A DNA stretch of 54,569 nt, counting the filler, from Catajapyx aquilonaris (lineage: Eukaryota), in assembly GCA_000934665.2 (NCBI GenBank). It is 2 parts of 2 records of this genome, joined end to end, with 100 filler letters (N's around TTAATTAATTAA, not from the genome) between each part and the next. Parts side by side here need not be neighbours in the genome. Positions count along the whole stretch, not along the records: positions 27,309 to 54,569 come from JYFJ02005091.1; 1 more part is not named here. One strand, given 5' to 3'. Made by a program: the position numbers and the translations under genes. Each line of letters begins with the position of its first letter. Position 1 is the first letter of the stretch. Under the pieces are notes generated by a model, which worked only from the letters and a program-made list of their open reading frames with translations, was not told the origin of the DNA and searched no databases. Positions 33,364 through 44,900 of this stretch are shown here, in pieces.

Positions 33364-36300
33364 CTAATCATCAAACCCAAAGTGATCATACAATTTATCA
33401 GGGTCTTCAACAATATCATCTTCAACTGAGGCCAATCGCTCTAATATTGTATTAGCTTGATTGCCATCAATACCTTCAAACAAATTTAAGCCAGGGTTCC
33501 AAAAGTATGGCAATGAACAAGATCGAAGTTGCTCTTGCACCTGATGCAGTGCCTGGAAGCAAGACCATAGATTTCAGAATTACTTATCCCTGTTACCAAA
33601 GCATTTGATGCCCATTACTTTCCTACTATTACAGCACATTTAAGCACTTAGCAGCCTTAGCTCATAATATTTAGGCATTTGATACCCCAGAAAGATAAAT
33701 GCAGAATGATAATAAACAGATTCAACTACTGCTTCAATTCTCATGAGCTTAACCTCATTGAAGAAGATATGATCTGCTCAAATGGGGCACATGAATGTAG
33801 GAGAACTTTCCCTCAAGTTGCATCAAGAGCTTGGTTGCATTCATCCAGAGGGTCACACTAGGGTCAGTGAAGGTCTAAGACCATGGTGAAAGTGAATGCA
33901 GTTTAGTAGCACTTTCAAAAGTGAACATTCATTCCAACCTTGCAACATAGGCTGTGTGTTGCAGGTGTTGATTGGTACTCGATGAATGAAAATTTTATAA
34001 TTTTGTCAACATACCAGTACAAAAGTCTCAGCCAAGTTGTCTCTCCATATGTTTTCATCAACGTTCTCTCTCATCCACATGAACAGAGTTTTAATAGAGT
34101 AGCTCTTCAATCCATGCAGCTTTAATTTATTGCGTAAACCCTGCATGGAAAAAATTAGATTATGACATTTATTCAACACCTATCCATAACATGTATTTTC
34201 CTCAGCTCCGAAATCTATCAGCAGCATGTTCTACAAGCAGCAGAAATTTGTGTACTCTGAAAAATTCTATGGCATGTGCAACACATATAGCTATACAGTT
34301 GACTCCGGATATAACAGCCTCTGCTGTAACAGACTCGAAAGGCCGGTCCCGGCATGCTTCCATAAGGCCCTGTGCATTTCTCCCCCTGATTTAACAGACT
34401 CATTTTCACCTCACCTCGGCTATAACAGACCATTTCTTGGCCTCTCTGCATGAAAATATGCTGTTTTTGATTATTCTACTTCCTTTCCCATGTGCAGGAA
34501 GGCAGAGAGTACTGGAGGGGGATGATTTACACATCTGTCACTGATCTAAGTTACTCAAATCATACCTTTCTGGTATAGCAACAAGGAGATGGCAGAAGAA
34601 AATTACAGATTCTTTTTAGTCATGCCTAATTTATGGGTGAGCTAATTTTGCATCTTTGTGAATAGTTTCATTTTAAAATGCCGTAATCTGAATTATAAGC
34701 ATATGAATATACTTCATATGGGAAGCAAAAAACTTGTGTATTCATTGAAACAAGGATGATCTGGCTATAACATACTTCTTTCCGAAGTCCCTTGATGCCT
34801 GTTATATCCATAGGAATCAACTGTACTATGCCTACTTCAGTTACAGACAATTAGAAGAGGGAATCAAGTGCTACGCAACTTAGTCTGGATTTAATAACAA
34901 TTAAATACTTGAAAAACACCTGCGATGTTACCAGTGATGCATATTCCAAGTTTTAAATTAGCATTAAGTTTGCTCCCCCCTAAAAGGGAACTGCCTTAAC
35001 ACGGGGCTACGTAAATCAATAAAATAAATTAAGTTTGCTGTTTCACTATGAAACACTCCAGAAATATTCTAACAATTGGATAACACCAACCTTGAACATT
35101 TTCAGGGCATGCTTCAGGCAACCTGTGTCATGCAAGAGGTCTCTCTCAGCACCTGGGAAGCTCAGCCTCCAAGGCAGCTCTGATTCAACATTATTATAGG
35201 AATCCTTAACTGGTTTTGGCACCACAAAAAAACCTGTGGACTGGACAACAAATTTTAAAACCAATTAGGTCAATTACATTGGTAGAAATAAAGCAACATA
35301 TAGTATGCAACTATCAAGACTAGTGGGAATAACAATGCAGTTCAAATGGTACAAAAATCATGTATTATCTGTGAACAAGTCTGTATTACCTTTGTAAATA
35401 TATTTAGAATTTTGGCAGCACAGGTTAAAGGACCAGTTGAGAGTAACTAAAAATAAGTTGGACAAAAGTAGTGACACAGAAATTAAAGGTGCAGTTACAC
35501 TGGCGGGCTGGATGTGCTTAAGATGAGGCTGTCAAAGGTCTAGGCACATCTAAAGCTCAATATTCCCATGATAGTCAAGCACGTGACCATATTTAAACCA
35601 ACCCAACACATAATTAGACGTCAAAACTTACATGTCCTTCCTGGCGTACATCAATGTTTGGTAGGATTTCCTTTTGCAACATAATTGCAGGGACCAAGTC
35701 AATACTTATCTTCTGAACTTCTTTCCCCTTGTACTCCATTTGTAAAGTCATAGCTGGTCCTGTCACACTTCTTGTGATCTGCAAGAAAAATATAATACTT
35801 GTTGAACTACTCCAGCCATTAAACAAATCCATGCAGAAACAATGACTACTGCACCGTATAGGTGTATCCCGGCCCTTGTCGTTTGTAACCTTGGCTCAGG
35901 ACCTGGTCAACAACACTTTGTATCCAACGGTGGAATTTAACCACAGATAAGTACTGGCCACTGCTGTCAGTCATTTCTGCAAGTTCACTGAAACAAATAA
36001 AGGGAGGAAGCGGATTTATTTACCAGCCATTGCAAAACTTGGCAGGTCCCTTTAGTTCAATACAATAATTGAAGGGGATGCATTTGATATTTCTGTGCAT
36101 CTGCTCATACGTAAATCATCCTTATCCTATGCCAGGGCCGTCGCCAGGCTTTGCAGGACCCGGGGCGATCGTGGGGTGCGGGGCCCTCACCGAACGGGAG
36201 GGGGGGGGCTGCGGCGGCGGTGGGCCGGTGGCGGTGGTATTTAAAAACATCTCAAGCAAGCACTGTAGTGGTCTCACCTTGTTAGATAAAATTGACCCGA

Positions 36301-38007
36301 CGTGCTTTGCGGGATGCAAAATCACGAATTATCTCCTCCTTGTCCAGAGTTTTTGCTAATTCCCGTTCGATGGATAACATGGCAGGCCCATTCAGTCTCT
36401 CCTGCTGTGTGGTGCTTCTTAAGTAGTCCTTTATTAACTTCATGATGGAGAAACTTCTTTCCCCTGAGGCTACTGTTACTGGTATGGTCAGGAGAATGCG
36501 ATATGCAACAATCACATTAGGGTAAGAGTCACCGATTGGTACGAGAAACTGCAGAGCCAGGAGAGCGGTTGTCATGTCAGGGGGAACAGCGCACCGGAAC
36601 TGTTTCACTTCCATAAAGAGTTCGACGCCATCCACGTCCTGCTGCTCACCATCTTCCAGCAAGCGTGCGAAGTCCATGCAATGCCTCCCAAGTTCTTTGT
36701 CTGGCAGATCCTTCAGTTTGCTAGGATTGAATAAAAACCCGAAACAGTCCGAGAATGCATGTAATTCTTCGAACTTTGTCTGCATCGACTCCAAGGCGGT
36801 GGCGATGATTGGCAAGAAGTAAGTATCCTTAAAAGCATCTTCTGGAGACTGACAATGTGGTGGCCGTCCTGCCGAGCGGAGGTGTGCTAAGCAATCCCGC
36901 TCAATTTGAATTGGTAGGCTACGGCCAAGTGACGGATGCCGCGGTGTGGGCGATGGCATGAAAACATTCCAGTTTCCTTCCAAGTAGCCAGGCGCGTAAT
37001 ATTCGTCAATTCCTGATGGCGCTTTGCACCAAGATTTACACTCCCCACAGGCACGGCGCGGGGCCCCTCTGGGCATGGGGCCCGGGGCGGGCGCCCCGCT
37101 CGCCCCGCCCTGGCGACGGCCCTGTCCTATGCACAGAGTGCTCCAACCTTTGAAAGCATCACTTCCGCTCCAAGCAAGTATCAAGGCAGAATGAGACCAT
37201 TACTAACCAGTAGGGTGGTTCATCGTTTTCCAAGTCAGTCTTAATTTCCTCTGGCATCCGCAACGAAACAAACCCAGGTTCTTCATCCCATACCTGAAAT
37301 TGGTAGTTTGATGTTAGACATTCATCATTAAATTGGGATCACCAAAGTGTAGTGAATTCTCCATTTTTACATGCAGTACTTGAAGAATTTGTTCAAATTG
37401 TCAAGTACTAAAATCAGTCATGATATCCCTTCTGTGCAGTTCCACAAAACTATATAAAAAGTGCCAGTTTTCTCTAACAAAAATTTATGCATCATCTACT
37501 TCTATGATGTGATTGATTAGGTTCAACTAATGAGCCATGTCCTGAGTGTGATTGCCATATACTGTAATAGGATAGGCCTATCACAATTATCTCATCAGAT
37601 TATCTTTGTGGTGGAATTACCCTGATGAAGTTGAGCTCTACCACCCTAATTGATAACCCATTTTCCCCATTGTGCAATTGAGAATAAAACGTTTTGACAT
37701 TTATTGCATAAGTCTATCTCCTTAATATTGTGCCTTATTAACTTTGACGTAATCATTGTACCTCAAATTCCTCTATATCAGGGATTTTAAGGATGAGGAG
37801 GATGTCAAACTCAAGTGCATCCATGACCCTGAGCCCATCACCAACACTGCCCGAGACGTAGGGCATGTGGAAGAGCTCGTTGAAGAGGTCGTCTGCTTTC
37901 CTCATCTCCGGGATAAAGGTCTTGAAGATCAGCCTGGTCACCAGTTCCCTGTTCCGCTCCATCTCCTCTTCCGGCACTCGAACTTCCTGCACCCAAATGT
38001 CACCCAT
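33364..38007 (-). CDS. cGAS-like receptor (cGLR; Mab-21 nucleotidyltransferase family), ~360 aa. Exons 38007-37762, 37293-37208, 35987-35855, 35778-35632, 35240-35091, 34140-34015, 33552-33364
   Basis: All junctions are GT-AG and in phase. Motifs SGSVGDGLRVMDALEFDILLIL, PGFV, YLSVVKFHRWIQSVVD, GPAMTL, SIDLVPA, VVPKP, WRLSFPGAERDLL, LKSYSIKTLFMW, LPYFWNPGLNLF. The reading frame is open upstream to an acceptor near 38048, so the N-terminus may be longer. Confidence 0.92.
34296..34430. mobile_element. Possible pogo/Tigger-type terminal remnant in a cGLR intron
   Basis: TA-CAGTTGACTCCGGATATAAC followed by repeated (ta/tg)taacag motifs. No second terminus was found. Confidence 0.3.
36133..37124 (-). 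mobile_element. Internally deleted hAT DNA transposon (Tip100/ZMYM1-like) in intron 2 of the cGLR
   Basis: 16-bp TIR CAGGGCCGTCGCCAGG and perfect 8-bp TSD tcctatgc. Retains the transposase C-terminus and dimerization domain (YPNVIVAYRILLTIPVTVASGERSFSIMKLIKDYLRST...FASRKARR). Confidence 0.95.
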
Positions 38008-41000
38008 GACATCTCTCAGGTGGCATCTCGTGTCATCTTCCAGTTCTCTAGAAGAATGCAGGCAGATAATGATGGTTGCAGGTATAACACTAGTGAATAA
38101 GCAGCACTATTATTACTCCTCTCCCTGGTGGCAACTGAAGGGAATGCTCATGGTGTTGTGATGATTTCAGGGTCCAGCAGTTTCTCAGCTCTCTTGCAAG
38201 CTGTGTGTGCAAGATGGCTGTGGTCTCCTGCAGAAGGTTGCCTTTCTCTAATGTCGAGACGAGAGAGACGGTCATCCCAGCAGGATCATGTTGGTGGATC
38301 TCAACTCAATCTGTTTCTGTGGCAGGGGCCCGGGCCCGGCACGTGTGAGCAGGCCGCGTTGCCACATCTCACTCGTGGAGAGGTGGCAACAGCGTATCCA
38401 GCGCGGGACATTTGCACATTATGCAGGTGGAAATGCCCAGTCCAGTTCATCGCTGGACATTCCTTTAACATCTTGGAAGACTACCACAGAAGGCATACTC
38501 AGCAAAGAATCTCCCGCACTGAATGTGACAAGCTCGAGTTGTCGATGTCAGGCCCATTATTGCAGCTGCCATTTCTTTCAGTAGGATATGGTAGTAATGG
38601 TATATACATAAAGTGCACCAATGGTATGGTGCACCAAAGTGACTTCCTAGTAACATGGAACTTGTCAGTAATCATCAATGTTGTATTCCAGATCTACATT
38701 GCAATCCAATGATGAGAATGCCCTCTACAACTGTGACCCCAATTCAGCAAGATTGGCTATTCTCAAAATGAAGCTTGGTGTCACCTGGTTGCTGTACAAT
38801 TAATTTTCATTACTCACTAATCTTTGAAGGTAGTTCTAGTAGGAACCTACTGATGAAGAGTCTAATTTCAACCTGGCGAACGAGTATGCCAATGAATCCC
38901 TTTGTAAAATCACTGCAATCTGCGTGGCTGAAAACATCAATGTTCGTAACTCTTCTTCTCTGGAACTACAAAACCACAATGAAATATCATTCATGTACTT
39001 ACATTTTGGTAATTCACATTTATTTTTTTTATATTCCAAATTACATGACAAACATTTGAAGAATGCAAAGCATATGACGCGAGTCCTGCAAAATGCCTGC
39101 TTTCTATGTTCGCAGCGGATTAATCCAGGCTGAGGCCCCGGATGAGGCGGCGCCGTTGGACTCTCAGGCCAAAAAATAAGGAATAGCAGCGAAAAAAAAT
39201 AATCAAATAAATCAAATTACAATAATGACGAAAGAGAAACACGAGAGAAGGAGGGGGCCAAATCCCCACCTCTCCCCAATCCCTTGCAATATTACACATG
39301 GGGAGTTGCTGAAACATGAAACATAGACACAGGAGCATGCAAGTGGAAAGACACCCCCATGAAATAACACATTTTAAAAAATAATTAAAAAACCCAAATC
39401 TGTGCAAATCCGCCGCCTCATCTGGTTTCTCCTGGTGGAAATATTACCTTATGTATCTTCAAAAATCTTTTTCTACCACCTATAGTCTCACCTCTAGGAT
39501 ATTGTGTATGGTGTACATGTGTGGGTGAACTTTGTTCATTTTTTTTCTTCCTTTTTTGGGGGGGAGGTAGGGGGGGAGGGGAGCCAGGGATTGAAATATG
39601 CAGGAGAAATTACCAATGGATTTACTTCCACTGGTGAGATCACACACACAGAAAAGAGTACAGAAAGAATCAAAAAAAGAAAATCTATGAAAAACCGCAG
39701 GTTGGTTTTCAGCGTTGGCAGCACTACAGTGTGCTATATTATTTTTCTCGTTTGCTCCACAAAACAAAATGATATGCTTTTCTGACAAATTGTTAAAAAG
39801 TAAAAATCAGTATAAATCCATGCTGCGTCAATAGTAGTTATACATACATTTAAAAGCACCCTGCTTGGTATCAAAAGTCCACGTTTGAATCACAAAAATT
39901 GTGTCATGGAGTGTTTGGCTATTGTTTAAAATCTGCAATCTCCCACACTAATTGCAATTCTAACAGGGTCACTAAAATCTATTTCATAGAACATCTGAAA
40001 AGCAGGACATGGACACAAGTAATAATGTCAAGAAAAAAAAACTTTGAAATTTTTTTTTTCACCTCAGCCAGCTCGTTTTTTTTCTCCGTTGCTCATGAAT
40101 CATGATTTTTTTTCTTGTTCTTTGAAAATGGAAAATTGGCAGCAAGTTGTTGTACTGTAATCACACATTTTTCATGCCGACAAATTTTGACAGCAAGAAC
40201 GTGTCCCGTGACATGTCAAATATACCACCATTACTAAATTTGCTCTAAAAAAATAAAAAATTAAAACCAAGATTTTAAAGTATTTTTAAAATGACCTGGG
40301 AATCCACACCAAGCCTCATAGGAGGGAGTCACCGTGCTACCTTCAAACTACCAAAAAAACTTCTTCTTTTTTCACTTTACCAAGATGGCTTTTACAAAAT
40401 GGTAGAAATTTTTCTCTATAAATCCTGCCGACACATGCTCTCTCCTCAGTTACCCTTTCCTTACTGGTTTAAAAAAAAAAAATCTGCCACACTCTCTCTC
40501 TTCCCACAAGCCTTCCTTACACATTATTACTTGGGTCACCTATAAAGTACATCTAACACTTCAGAAAAATGTCCAAAAAGTCCATGTTTTTCCTTAAACA
40601 AATGCAAATAAAAGCACTCGATTGGCTCCTCCACAATCAGAAGCCATTCATCTGAACTCCAACCACAATAATCTCTTCTCTTTGTTCTCTTTTTTTTGTG
40701 CAAAATGCAGAGGAAGGAAAATGCATCTTTGGCTGCGCAACTCATTCCGCCTTGGTCCATCAATCAACTGCAGAGCTTCAATCGTTAGCGGAATGAGCTC
40801 CACAAACTGCTTTAAAAAAAAATTACCCCCTTGCTCCTGAAGACCCATTTAAAACAATGTTAAAAACTGGAATACAAGAGAAAAGTGATGAAAAATTGCA
40901 GCATCTCTACCTCTTCTATGTCCCTTCTTTTTCAATGTTTAAAAAAAAGACCTATCTTTGGCAGACCGCTAACAATATTGAGCCTTCAAGTGTTTTGTTG

Positions 41001-41923
41001 ATTTTCTGGTCGCGAGTTCTGTGGCCTCAGTCTTTTAAGGACACGCCTCAGATCTTGCATTAATCTCGTTTCGTAAAACAATTATCAAAAGCGTTAAAAA
41101 ATGTATCTACGAAGTAGGGGGTCTGTTTTGAGTTTTTGTTTTTTGCCTAAAAGCTACATGTAAAGGTGGGAGTTCTCAAAAGGGACAGGGATGAAAGGTA
41201 TAATACTGGCAAACAACACTCTAGGACTGGATATTTAGGGGAGAGTTTGGATGGGTGGGAAGGATGGTAAAAAAAATTAAAGATCTCGTGTATGGGTGTA
41301 CTCTGTTCCTTCGTCACCCCTTGAAGAGTGCAGGGATTGAATTGTAACTTTCTTCCAGTGACAAGCTAAGGGAAAAAGGGGGAAGGTGAGAGGTTGGCAG
41401 TCTCTGGTGGTTGTGTTCTTGTGATAGGTGATTTTTTTTCCTTTCATTTTTTTTATCGCTTGAAGGGTGGTGACGGTGGTTTGTAATGGGTGGTTCATGG
41501 TGTGCTTTTTTTCAAATTTTCAAATTTTTCCGTACTTCCCAGGTGGTCCTTGGCAAGTCCTCGGCGTGGTGACACACACACAAGCAGAGCGCACGACACA
41601 CAGGCACACAATCAGAGGCAGAAAGAGCATGGATTAATTTTTCTTTTTTTTCTTCTTCCCCGTCTTCCATCAGTAGAGTGGTTCTTCCAGGTTGTGTATA
41701 TATTTTTTCCCTCTTTGCTAACTGTTGGGCCAAGTTCATATTTCTTACTTTCCCTCTCTTTTCTCTTTCTCTCCCTTCTTCACTCTCTCTTGCTCTTTTG
41801 CTCCCACTTTTACTCCCTCTCTCATTCCATCTTGCTCACAAAATTTTTTCCCATCTTTAATATTTTAGGGTGTTTTCCACGTGTTTCCACCACTGTCACA
41901 TTGCTGCTACATATACTTGATGA

Positions 41924-44900
41924 TTACTTTTCTTTCTCCTGATTGCCATCCTTGTTTTCCTTCTCGCCTTCTCCATCCTTCTTCTCATCACCTTCAATCT
42001 TCTCTCCTTCCTTCTCCTTCTCATCTTCACCCTGGAAATGACCAAACAAAGGACGTCATGCCCAGAAATTCAGCATTTCAACATCTTACAACCCATGTTC
42101 CCAGGTGAACCCAAATGGCAGGCAGGTTCCCATTCAAATCTAACTCTGGTTTATGTGCAAAGTGTTCAGTAAAGTTGTCAGATAAATAATAATATAATAA
42201 TAATAATAATAATAATAATGGATACCCCGTGATAGGCCCCTTGGGCCTCTTAGGGGATCATCTTTTGAATAACCGATTTTAATCATTTGCCTTTGCTGTG
42301 ATGGATTTTGATAGTGGGAGGAAACGGGAGAACCCCGAGAAAACCCACGCGAACACAGAGAGAACCCATCGAAACTCTATCCACATAAGTATCCTCCGTC
42401 CGACCCGGGGATCGAACTCGGGACCTTAGAGGTGGAAGTCTGCGGCGCTAACCCCTCGGCCACCGTGTCGCCCTGTTGTCAATATATAATATATGTCAAT
42501 AAATATGGACTCCTCCACACTGTGTCACAGGACAGATGAAAATTGAGACAAACATGAAGACATCATTATTTTGATGGGAAGGCCATTATTACTAAAGTCC
42601 TCGGAAGTTGGGCTTTGAACCCCACCAACCCTCGCCCGAGCCAATCGGAATGAGTGCCAATTGATGGCCCTTGAAATGGAATTGTAGAATTCGAATTCAC
42701 TATTTAATTTAAGAAATGGATATAAGCACATTGATTGCGTAGTCAGGGAGCATATACTACATAAGAGGCGCAAACATTCGATTTTTGCGTCTCTCTGTTT
42801 ATAGGGCGTTGCCAAGGCTGGCGGCCATTTTGAAGTGTGTGGTACGCCAACGAGGTATAAATAGGGTACATGCAGGCCGTCAAGGTCCGCGGGGGTCCGC
42901 CATCTTTGATGGTTTTGGCTGCCATGGCAATACACGGCAATAACAATTTACTTACCCATTCCAATATCGAATTCAAATTCGCGCGTGTTCTTGCCGTGTA
43001 GTTGCCATGGCAGCCAAAACCATCAAAGATGGTGGACCCTATTTTTTGCCTAACCCCTATTTATACCTCGTTGGCGTACCACACACTTCAAAATGGCCGC
43101 CAGCCTTGGCAACGCCCTATAAACAGAGACGCGAACATCAAAGGCGCCGACAGAAGTTTGCGCCTCTTATGTAGTAGATGCTCCCTGGCGTAGTATTGTG
43201 AAGGTCTACAAATGTATCATCTTTAATTCAAATCCATCTGTTAATTATCTCTGGCCATACTTCGGAAGAGAGATTGTTCCATGCTTCTGGCCAGAAGCAT
43301 GGAACATTATTTCTTCCGAATTATAGCCAGAGATAATTAACGGATGGATTTTAATTGAAGATGATACATTTACACACCTTCATAGTACTGTGCAATCAAA
43401 ATTATTATAACCATTTCTTAAAATAAATAGCGAATTCGAATTCTACAATTCCATTTCATTTGGCCAACTGTGGCCAACAATATTGGCACTCATTCTGATT
43501 GGCTATTCAAAGTGAGAAGTCCAAAGACTTTAGAATCATGCAAAAGTGGTATTTTGAATGTATTTGAGAGAAGAATTTATCTGGTAAGAACTTGCTCCAT
43601 GACCAACATAACTTTTCACATATTCAATCCAAATTCCAGGCTTATACAACACATACCTTTTCCTTCTCGCTCTCCTTTCCCTTCTCCTCGTCCTTCTTTT
43701 CCTCAGGAGGAGGCTTTGGCAGATGTGTGTTGAGATCAAGAGTAGCACTCATTTCATCCCAATCGGGGAAACACCTGGAATATGGAATGGGGATAAGTCA
43801 AGTTTGTCCCAAAAAATAAAACTGATCTCATACCGACCTCTCCTTCATGCGGTTGATGTGTCCAATCAAGTTGCTGCAATTCTCCTCCATCCAGTCCCTC
43901 AGGTTGTATGAAACCTCCTTGTCCACGAAATGGATTTGAGCCAGATTGGCAAACGCCACCACATCCAACTGAAAAAACACAATCACTGCCATCAATCTCC
44001 ATTCACTTGTTGGTAATGGCACAGGAAAGCAGACAGCTTTGCAATAATAGTGGATGGCTTCTTCTTGAGATAACAAATAAAAGTTCTACAAAAATACAGG
44101 GTGTTCCAAGTATTTGGGTCACTTCTTGATATCTGATATCGCCCCCAATAGCAATTATTTTTTTGTAGCTTGTTGCGCCCCTAACCATGTGCTCCATTCT
44201 ATAACTAAGTACTGCTGTATTCGACACACTGGGGTCGAATGTAGCAGGTGCTATAGAATGGAGCCCATGGTTAGAGGCACAACAAGCTACAAAAAATAAC
44301 TGCTATCGCCAATATCAGTTATCAAGAAGTGACCCAAATACTTGGAACAGCCTGTATATTCGTTGCAGGCAGGTCATGGTTAAAGGGATGAAAATTTCTC
44401 TTGTAAAATTAATGCTTCTGGTCATATTCCCTGCTGCCCTTTTCTAAATGGCACCTTTACTCTCTTGTCAATTCAACATTAGCTCAGGACTCTAGTTCCA
44501 GGGAAAACCTAATTCTCCCTTTACTCAAAGGATTAGCCACTTCTGCCACACTGCAGTTAAAGTTTCCAAGTTCAGCAAAAGTCTCATTGCAAGAGCAATA
44601 CTCACAGTTGCAGGTTCATCTCCAAAGAAGAAGGGCTTGTCAGCAAGAATGTCGCTCAAGACTTGCAAATCACGCTGACCGAACTCAAAGATCTCTTCTG
44701 GTTTGTGAACCCCGAGGCCATGGGCCTTCACTTTCTTGGCACCCTGCAAAGTAATGTGCACATAAAAATAATATCCCAAACGCCTCCTCTCACAGAAAGG
44801 AGAGCCTTGAACTCACCCTTCGACTGTAGGTAAACTTGAAAACAATGCTTAGCAAACTGCTGGGAAACTTAGAGTTGAGCACGTGTTGCAGGTTCATCTT

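Noticed and set aside
36282..37184. 300-aa ORF as a functional transposase or a cGLR-transposase fusion exon
   Set aside because: The ORF starts outside the TIR and lacks the N-terminal and most of the catalytic domain. The candidate acceptors near 36840-36850 give a frameshift or stop when joined to cGLR exon 2.
38128..38712. 194-aa plus-strand ORF
   Set aside because: No recognisable domain or supporting splice pattern.
42400..42473. tRNA gene
   Set aside because: It is the tRNA-derived head of a SINE, continuing into a core and a simple-repeat tail.
4276..43193. Recurrent ORFs such as MAAILKCGQRQR..., [11 protein letters not shown]... and [17 protein letters not shown]
   Set aside because: They are translations of the palindromic MITE family A on both strands, not a gene family.
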